Assembly (NCBI GenBank): GCA_951406725.2
Contig: OX597818.1
Coordinates: 6,696,001-6,760,000 of the forward strand
Length of the DNA stretch: 64,000 bases
Direction of reading: 5' to 3'
DNA from: Octopus vulgaris
Taxonomy: Eukaryota
A program made the position numbers and the translations under genes. Shown one piece after another: positions 54,865 to 64,000 of the stretch. Every line of letters begins with the position of its first letter. The first letter of the stretch is position 1. Below the pieces are notes generated by a model. It made no database searches. It was given only the letters and a program-made list of their open reading frames with translations, and was not told where the DNA came from.

Positions 54865-55415
54865 TATTGTTTTCAGTCGTGTTAGTTTGTTTGCTTGTTT
54901 GTCCATGGACAAGATATCTCAAGAACTGCTGGATGAATTCGGACGAAGCTTTCAGGGTTGTTTGGCCTCGTGACTGACTCGAACGGATTAGATTTTTGGA
55001 TCGATCTGGTACCGGACTAGATTTCTGAGTATTTGTTATATTTACTTTACTCAACTTGATTACGATCTTACGTTAACTTTCAAGCCTTTTTCAATGATCT
55101 CCCTTTAGATTGTAACTATTATGAATGGTGAATTTGTTAACTTTGGCTTGTATTAGGTAAGCATAAACTATTTATTACTGTTATTAAATTGTCTACAGAC
55201 CGCTTCATTGCAAATATGCCGGACAAGAATTCTGGATTATTTTTCCAGTTTTTTTACTAAATTTTTGAGAGCAGTAGGGTTCGTTTTTAGTATTCTTGTC
55301 TGTGAGAGCAGTCGAGGTTATTTCAGAAATGCTCATTTTAAAAATAATCTTTAGGTAATCGTTGAGAGGGCGATGGTGTTGCCTCTGCTGAGGTTTGCGC
55401 TCTCTGAGTGCGCTT
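54865..55415 (+). mobile_element. non-autonomous Helentron-associated (HINE/DINE-like) element
   Basis: GTTT-type microsatellite, core GCTGGATGAATTCGGACGAAGCTTTCAG, 3' GCTGAGGT followed by short hairpin GCGCTC-TCT-GAGTGC. Confidence 0.55.
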
Positions 55416-55429
55416 GTTGTTGTTGTTTT

Positions 55430-55524
<95 letters not shown>

Positions 55525-56399
55525 AGAATAAATTTCATGCTTTATACATAATCGCAACAATTGTAATGATTAATAAACATTCACGTATCTTCCATCTTCC
55601 GTCTCTCTCGTTAGCCAAACACACACACACACACATACATATATCTATATATACATATTTATATGTGTGTGTGTATGTAAGTATATATGTATGTATATAT
55701 GTTTATTCACACAAAAGCACAACGAAATCTTTGACTAGTTTGTCTTTCCAATAGGGTAACGAAATTTCTGTCGAGAAACATAAATATAAGAGATATAAGG
55801 ATATATTTATGGATATATTTCTGTATTCATTGAAAGTTGTACATCTTTTGACAAAATGAGGGATGATAAATATTTCAGGCCTTCAGAAATGTAAATAAAT
55901 ATCCATGTTGAAATTAATATCGATTTTTCTCGTAGCTATTTTGCATGAATAACATTTAATCTGATCAAGCCACGAATTTCGTTATAAATACACATTATTC
56001 TCTTTATTATCTCGTGTACTGGCAAGAATACAAGTAATTATGTTTTGCCTATCTTATGTCTATCATTCACACGTTCATTTTGATTGATAACCAGAGAAAA
56101 TTCTGCCTTACTGAACAGGAGCCAATATAATAAATTTATATATAACAATAACAATGAGAGTCTTTCAATCGAAGCGATGCTCACGTATACACTGCCAAGC
56201 ATACTCATATCAACAGAGATAGATAGAGGATATATTTATATAGACTCACATACATATTCACATGTACACATAAGTGTACACTTAAGTGTATATATACATA
56301 AACACATATGTATGCATGTAGGTATATATATTTTCATATGTATTCGTATGCATATATTTACATCTATACATATATGCATAAATATATATGTGTAAATAA

Positions 56400-56461
<62 letters not shown>

Positions 56462-56789
56462 ATATGTGTGTGTGTCAAGCCTGACATACAATAGTCATGC
56501 CAAATAAGCTCTGAGAGATAACTACCATATACGTTCTCACTAATTGTTTACATATATTGTGTTCATATATATACATGCTTGTGTGTGTGTATGTATGCAT
56601 GTGTATATCTATGTTTGTGAATGTGCACGTGTCTTAGTGTATTCCAATATATTCATCATTATAAACACTTGAATAGCATTTCCACTAAAGAGGAAATATG
56701 AGAAATTTCTATGACACCAACAGTCGTGATTTTTGATATTTTGTTGTTAGTTTCGTTATATGGATGCCATTTATATGCTGGCTTTGCTT

Positions 56790-56817
56790 GTAGTAGTAGT
56801 AGTAGTCGTAGTAGTAA

Positions 56818-56869
<52 letters not shown>

Positions 56870-56990
56870 TGTAGTAGTAGCATCAGCAGCAGCGGCGGCA
56901 GCAGTAGCAGTAGTGGTGGTGGTGGTGGTGGTGGTGCTGGTAGTGGTGGCGCTGGTGGTGACGGTGATAGTAGTAGTAACAGTAGTAGAA
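56790..56990. repeat. (AGT)n/(GGT)n/(AGC)n compound microsatellite
   Basis: Direct reading. Confidence 0.9.
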
Positions 56991-57446
56991 TTACTAACAG
57001 CAGACGCATTAGTTGTGCGCTTGTTGTTTTGTTGTTGTTCTTATTTCAAAAATGCTTTAACTTAATAGGAAGGTATATCAGTAGGAAAAAATAACTGAGA
57101 TGAAGTCAAAGAAATTTCTGGATTAAAATTGATGCTGGACGTTACCTTAAAACAATTGATTACTATTTCAATACATGAATAGAAATTTTGTTTTGGGAAG
57201 TAATATAAGTATGTGCTTAGATACGAATAACATATTGACAGTTGCATGATAAGAAATTATGGCTATACACAAAATTAGATGCTATTCTTCATATATTTTC
57301 AGTATGTTAAATAATTGATTCTTCTAGGCAAGTGGATTTTATTATTGCATCGTTGCTGAAAACATTAATACACAAAAATAGATAAAACGCTTTCTGTTTC
57401 AGTCATTTACACGTACTCATTTCTGTGATGTACACATCACTGTTAT

Positions 57447-57449
<3 letters not shown>

Positions 57450-57544
<95 letters not shown>

Positions 57545-57553
57545 GTATGTATG

Positions 57554-57587
<34 letters not shown>

Positions 57588-57611
57588 AATGTATATATAT
57601 ACATATATATT

Positions 57612-57695
<84 letters not shown>
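57450..57695. repeat. long (TA)n/(TG)n microsatellite, one of many in the window
   Basis: Direct reading. Confidence 0.95.
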
Positions 57696-57696
<1 letters not shown>

Positions 57697-58090
57697 TTAT
57701 GGTATATTCCGTTAAGAATGTGTGTGTTTGTATGAGTGCATATATGTACATGCATACACACACACACACATATATAGATAGATAATGGTTTCAAGTTAAA
57801 TAAAAGTGCTTGGGTTAGATGCACAAATTATTTTGTTTATCTAACCCATTTTATTTGACTACTTGCCTCATTATTTCTATATCTCTTCACCTGGATTCCT
57901 CTTATAGCCACTCTTCACCCAGCAGACATAGTTCTCGCTCCTAGCAAAAGTTTTCGGAGTGTAAGTTCAAGTCATTTGAGTGCTACTTAGTGCTGTCCAC
58001 ATTGAGAATCTCTCGGACTCGTCTCTTGATTCTCTCTCTCTCTTTCTCTATCTCACTCGCTTTTCCTATCCCATAATAATAATAATAATG

Positions 58091-58154
<64 letters not shown>

Positions 58155-58156
58155 TG

Positions 58157-58374
58157 AAAATCCTTTCGGTTATAGGCACTAGGCTCGAAATTTGGAGGGA
58201 GGGGTTTAGTCGATTACATCGAATCCAGTTCTCAACTGGTACTTAGTTAATCGACCCGAAAGAATGAAAGGCAAAACCGACATCGACGGCATTGGAACTC
58301 AGATCGTAGCAACAGGCGAAGTACCGCTAAGCATTTTACCAAGAGTGCTGGCAGTTCTGCCAGCTCGCCGCCTT
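58157..58374 (-). mobile_element. SINE family B, full length, between (AAT)n tracts
   Basis: Reverse complement AAGGCGGCGAGCTGGCAGAAC..AAATGCTTAGCGG..TTTGCCTTTCATTCTTTCGGGTCGATTAACTAAGTACCAG. Confidence 0.85.
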
Positions 58375-58456
58375 AATAAAAACAACAACAATAATAATAA
58401 TGATGATGATAATAATAATAATGAAGATAATAATAATATTAATAATGATAATAATG

Positions 58457-58588
<132 letters not shown>

Positions 58589-58606
58589 TAATAATGATAA
58601 TGATAA

Positions 58607-60856
58607 TAATTTATGCAGCAGCCACTGCAGCCACAAAAGAAGCTGGATACTCCATCAAACCCATCCAAAGAGGAGTAACGACACCCACACAAACCCTGTG
58701 GATAAATAATATCAAAAAAAAAGAAAAGAAGAGAAAAGATTTGTCGATTCTTAAAGAAATCAACGCTACTAAGTAACAAGAAGACAACAAAAATACTGTG
58801 CAAATACATTACAGAAACAGATTTACCTGAGGTAAAAAAAAAAAGCTAAAACAAGATATCCTTGCCAGAGCACAAAGGATCCGCCGATATGAGAAACGCC
58901 AAGGTTTCTTTGAACACAACAAACAGTTCAGCTCCAACCCTAAAATGTTCTACCAAGAACTTGGCAAAAATGAAATAGACATCACTGCAGTACTAACAGC
59001 AGAGGTGGAAAACTTTTCGAAAGAAATGTGGTCAGCGAATGAACAACTTCAGAAAAGGACTATTAAAACAACGAACTTAGCATCTGAACAACTCTGGACC
59101 CCATAACAACTGCATGGACTAATCAACTGTAAGGCAACCGGGCACGACAAGATCCGCAACTTCTGGCTGAAATATCTGACAGGAATACACAAAAAGCTGG
59201 CTGAAATCTTTAACGATATACTAGCTGAGCCAGAGACAATACCTGAATGGCTCACGAAAGGGAAAACTATCTTAACTCCCAAATCCAATGAAACGGCAAC
59301 ACCACAAAACTACAGACCTATAACATGTCTCCCTACAATGTACAGAGCCTTTACTGCAATAATATCACAAAGATTGAGCAAGCATCTGGAATAAAACAAC
59401 CTGTTCCCAGAAGAGCTGAAGGGATGATGCAAGGGCTCATATGGCTGTAAAGATCAACTAATGATCAATAAAGCCATAACTGAATAGAACCGGAGAAAGA
59501 AGAAAGGTCTCAGTATGGCCTGGATCGACTACTGAAAGGCTCTTGATAGTATTCCCCGTACATGAATCCTCGAAACACTAGCCATTAACAAGGTAGCACC
59601 AACAATTATAAAATACGTAGGACACTCTATGAATAAATGGCAGATAGTGCTACAGCTCCAAACAAAAGAGGGACTCGGAAAAACCAAAGCCATCCACATT
59701 AGAAGAGAAATATTCCTGAGAGATACGCTCTGTCCACTCATTTTCCGCTTCGCACTGACACCTCTATCTGATATGCTAAAGAGAACTGGATGAGGATACA
59801 AATGTTATGGCAAAACAATCAGCCACCTTTTATATATGGATGACCTATAACTATACGCCACAAATGATTAACAGCTAGAAACACTACTAAAGACAGTATA
59901 TGGATTTACCAAAGAAATAGATATGAAATTTGGATTAGAAAAATGCGCCGGAGGAACCCTGAAAAGAGGAAAACTAGTTAAGAGTAGCAACATCACACTA
60001 GATAAGGCCAATGAAATAAGAGTATTAGACCAAAGCCAGACATATAGCTATTTAGGAATCCAGCACACACAAATGAAAGAGAAAATAAAGAAAGAATACT
60101 ATAGACGAGTTAAATCAATACTAAAAACAGAGCTCGATGCTAAAAACAAGATAATAGGTATTAACACTTTAGCCGTCCCAGTTATAAGTTACGGCTACAA
60201 TATCCTTAATGAACTGACCAAAATAGATAGGAAAACAAGAAAAATAATGACAGGATCTAGGATGCACCACCCAAAATCTGACATAGTAAGGCTATATATA
60301 CAACGTATTGAAGGTGTTAGGGGACTTATACAGCTGGAAAACTATTATATAATAACCACCATAGAACTTCAAAAATAACTACTTCAGATGCAAGGAGAAC
60401 TAATACAAATAGCCGCAAAACATGAGCAAAACAAAAAAAAACTGTTGTCAGTATTTAAGGAAGCTGACACATACAAATAAGAAATCATACAACCTAAAAA
60501 GTATGAAGAAGAAGAAACAACAAAAGCTATAAAACAAATGAAATCCAAACCAAAACTAGAACAGCAACGGACCATGATAAAACGATGGCAAGAAACGCCC
60601 CTTCGTGGCATATACTGGACTAAAATACATGCAAAAGAAATAGACAGAGAAAAATCCCAGCAATGGTTAAGAAGCTCAGGACTCAAAGCAGAAACTGAAA
60701 GATGTTTAATTGCAGCACAAGACCAAAGCCTCCCCACAAGAAATTACCAAAAACATATGAAAAAAAAAACATAACAAGTTACTGCAGAATATGTGGAGAT
60801 TGACAAGAAACAATAAATCATATTATCTCTGGCTACCCAGCCCTACTTAAGAAGGA
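58607..60856 (+). mobile_element. R4/Dong-clade RLE retrotransposon, 5'-truncated (copy 3)
   Basis: Colinear with copy 1 from about 8105; HLLYMDDL, MKFGLEKC, QWLRSSGLKAETE, CRICG..ETINHIISG zinc knuckle; directly follows a ~230 bp (AAT)n tract. Confidence 0.9.
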
Positions 60857-61094
60857 CAGTTATGATATAGTATTTGGTCTCACGAATAAATAATTAACGC
60901 GATTATTAAGAGCAAACCTACATTCATAGACACGATAATTATGTATACATGTTGATTTTAGTTTCTTTTATTTGAAAACTAAAAAATTTATTAACGTTCA
61001 AAGACATATCGTGAACATATCGATCTGCAGATTTGTGTTTCCATAAATAAAAATTCAACGGTGGAGTGTGTGTATTGCTTGTATATATATATAT

Positions 61095-61176
<82 letters not shown>

Positions 61177-61204
61177 TTGTGTGTATGTATGTATGTATCT
61201 ATCA

Positions 61205-61276
<72 letters not shown>

Positions 61277-61284
61277 TGTACATA

Positions 61285-62553
61285 CGAGGGATGTATGAAA
61301 AGTCTTGACCCTCAAAAAACCAAAACATGGTACAAGACTTCTGATGATTTATTTTTCAACATAGTCCCCCTCGATGGCTGAACACCATGCTGAAGCGCCA
61401 TTATCCCGGCGTACAATAACTCTTGATTGAGACTGCAATAAACTTGCTACAGCGTCTATGATGTCATTGTCACTGGCAAAATGGCGACCAGCCAGGGCTT
61501 TTTTCATTTTGGGGAATAGATGGAAGTCAGAGGGGGCTAAGTTTGGCGAATAAGGCGGATGGGGAACTAGTTTGTATCCACAATCACGAATTGTTGCAAT
61601 GGCAACCACTGAGGTGTGGGCTGAAGCATTGTCGTGAAGAAAAAGGTCTCCTCTGGTGAGCACTTCTGGACTTTTTTCTTTGATTGCTTCTTGGAAGCGT
61701 TTCAGTAGTTGAGAATAATACTGCCCTATCATGGTGTGACCCTTTTCAAGGTAATCGATCAACAAGACACCTTGAGAATCCCAAAAGACGGATGCCATGA
61801 CTTTGCCAGCTGAAGAAATGACCCTGGCCTTATTTGAGGTAGGAGAAGATGTGTGCTTCCACTGCTTCAAATGTTCTTTGGTTCCAGGCTGGTAGTGATG
61901 AACCCAACTTTCGTCCATAGTAATGAAACGAGCAAGAAAATTCTCTTCATTGGCTTCAAACAGTTCCAGATTTCTCGTGAACAAAGTGCACCTGGTGCGT
62001 GTCTGTTCAGGAGTCAAAAGGCGAGGGATCCACCTTGCAAAAACCTGTCACAATGTTGTCTGCTCTTTCACTTGAGATGCCCAGTCTCTCGGCTATCTGA
62101 TGACATGATATTCAGCGATCTTGCATTATCATACCAAGAGCAAGGTCAGGGTTGTCCTTGATGGTTGCATTTGGAGGTTTCTCTGGTCTGGGATCATCTT
62201 CCACACACTCCCTGCCACGCTTGAATTCATTTACATAGCGTTTGACTGTTGCATATTAAGGAGAATTGTCTGTTAAGTTTCTCACCATATCTTCATAGAT
62301 TTCTGCTGGAGTCATGGCTTTCAACTGAAGGTACTTTATGACAGCACCATACTCAGTTTTCTCTATTTTCCTTGTAAACTCGAAACTTGTTTATTCAAAA
62401 ATCTGCAACAAAAAGAAAATTAAAATATCAGAATCATATAAATGAGCAAGAATCCTCCGAAAAAATTGTACTTACCAGAAAAAACTGTTTTAGCTATTCT
62501 AGCTATATAGAAGCCCCGTTTCTAGGTTAGGCTCAAAACTTTCATGGACCCCC

Positions 62554-62556
<3 letters not shown>
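61285..62556 (-). mobile_element. mariner (DD34D, irritans/Himar1-like) with degenerate transposase
   Basis: Imperfect TIRs TA|CGAGGGATGTATGAAAAGTCTTGA / TCAAAACTTTCATGGACCCCCTTG; ITMDESWVHHY, SAGKVMASVFWD, HDNASAH, YSPNLAPSDFHLF; flanked by (TA)n. Confidence 0.9.
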
Positions 62557-62607
<51 letters not shown>

Positions 62608-63017
62608 ATCTACGGACATTTATGTAAGTAAAATTACGTAATATGTTAATAGTGAAACATGTATGCGAATAATCTATATTTTTATTGCTTTTTCTTTTGT
62701 CTTTGCTCGATTACGTTTCGCTTGTTTTGCTAAATGTTTCTTGAGAACATTTCTTAGTGGTAAGACCATAGCGGATCTATTTCTAGCATAAGGGTGTCCA
62801 CATAGTGGTTTCCCTCTAATATATACATGGTATATTCCGTTAGGAACGTAATAGAGTGCAGAATAAAGCCCTTCAGAATTGCTCAATGCTATCCAGTAAT
62901 ATACTTCCAAGTTTATGTTTGGGCGTTCATCTTGCGTGAATATATTTATCTATGTGCGTATGCCTATGCTTATATTCGTATATATACATTTGTGTGTGTG
63001 TGTGGGGGGATATATAA

Positions 63018-63058
<41 letters not shown>

Positions 63059-63071
63059 TGGATTTATTATA

Positions 63072-63400
63072 TACAGGATGCGTAAGCTATTAAAGAACAC
63101 ACGTTATTTTAGTTATTGCTGCATTTTTTGCTAACTCTGTACAATCTTTGTTTCAGTAAATTATAATTGTAGGCCTTCAGCTTACTCAAGAAATGAAGGG
63201 GCATGCTGTTATTGTGGTTATAAAGGCTGAGCAGAGCGATTTAGAAATATCTCGATTTTTCAAAGTTGCCTGATCTTTCGTCTACAAAATGTGTAAGGTG
63301 CTAGAGACTGAAGACGAAAACGTATCACCAGTATCAAAGCATAAAAAAGCATTCTAAACGCCCTGAAATCAGTGTTTTCTTCGGAACATATTTTGGAAGT
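63072..63400 (+). mobile_element. possible Tc1/mariner-superfamily 5' fragment (HTH region)
   Basis: MKGHAVIVVIKAEQSDLEISRFFKVA*SFVYK is HTH-like and follows TA|CAGGATG. Confidence 0.4.
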
Positions 63401-63629
63401 ATAAATATTTGAATTACACCCGCGTTTAACTTCATTTATTTATTTATCTAGCTATATAAAAACATTTCACCAAAACCTGGAGTTTCTACCTATATAATCA
63501 AGCTGTTACATCCTTGGTACTTGTGTGATTTTTGCCACCCTGGTAACTATTTATTTTTTCGTGTTATTTGTAAGCATTGAAAACATACATATACATTTGT
63601 GTGTGTGTGTGTTTACATATTTATATGTG

Positions 63630-63775
63630 TCAATCATTTGACTGCTGCCATGCTGGATCACCACCTTAATGCGTTTAAGTCTACCAGATCGATACAGAAT
63701 TTATTGTGTAAGCGTTATACTTATTCTCTCAGTTTTTTTACCGAATCGCTAAGTTACGGAGACATAACACACACA
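63630..63775 (-). mobile_element. SINE family A 3' fragment
   Basis: CATTTGACTGCTGCCATGCTGGA..CCGAATCGCTAAGTTACGG matches 41460-41585. Confidence 0.7.
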
Positions 63776-64000
63776 CAAAGTGTGCGTGTATATTATGTAT
63801 GTATGACTGTATTGAATTAGATACTGAAGTTGAAGCACCAAGTCGGTCCGGGATTGTCCGCACAGCTTGAAGTAAGGTGAAGAAAATCAAAATCAGCAAC
63901 AGTATATCAAGTAGTGATGCAGTACAACCGTTTCAGATGGTTCCATTTAATTGAACAATGCAAGCCTTGCATCAATTTAAACGCAGTGCTATCTTCAGCT

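Overview
AT-rich, microsatellite-dense eukaryotic DNA; the SINE, LINE and microsatellite landscape suggests an octopus or other cephalopod genome (inference). No confident host gene. Contents: (1) a complete 6.4 kb Helitron with both termini and a lightly mutated RepHel gene, plus non-autonomous relatives including a head-to-tail junction; (2) three R4/Dong-type RLE non-LTR retrotransposon copies next to (TAA)n tracts; (3) several Tc1/mariner elements, two nested inside SINEs; (4) Tx1/L1-like and Penelope-like (GIY-YIG) remnants; (5) many tRNA-derived SINEs. The most interesting signal is a set of type I hammerhead ribozyme motifs with palindromic stem III, two with complete cores (3801-3895, 11771-11856). 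They lie in short, sometimes inverted-repeat-bearing elements that end about 90-230 bp downstream in (TA)n tracts, which suggests a (TA)n-associated Penelope/retrozyme-like system. Also present: a ~890 bp palindrome, a near-perfect 144 bp hairpin, a TIR plus direct-repeat unit and one candidate host exon. All alignments were done by eye; no database searches were run.
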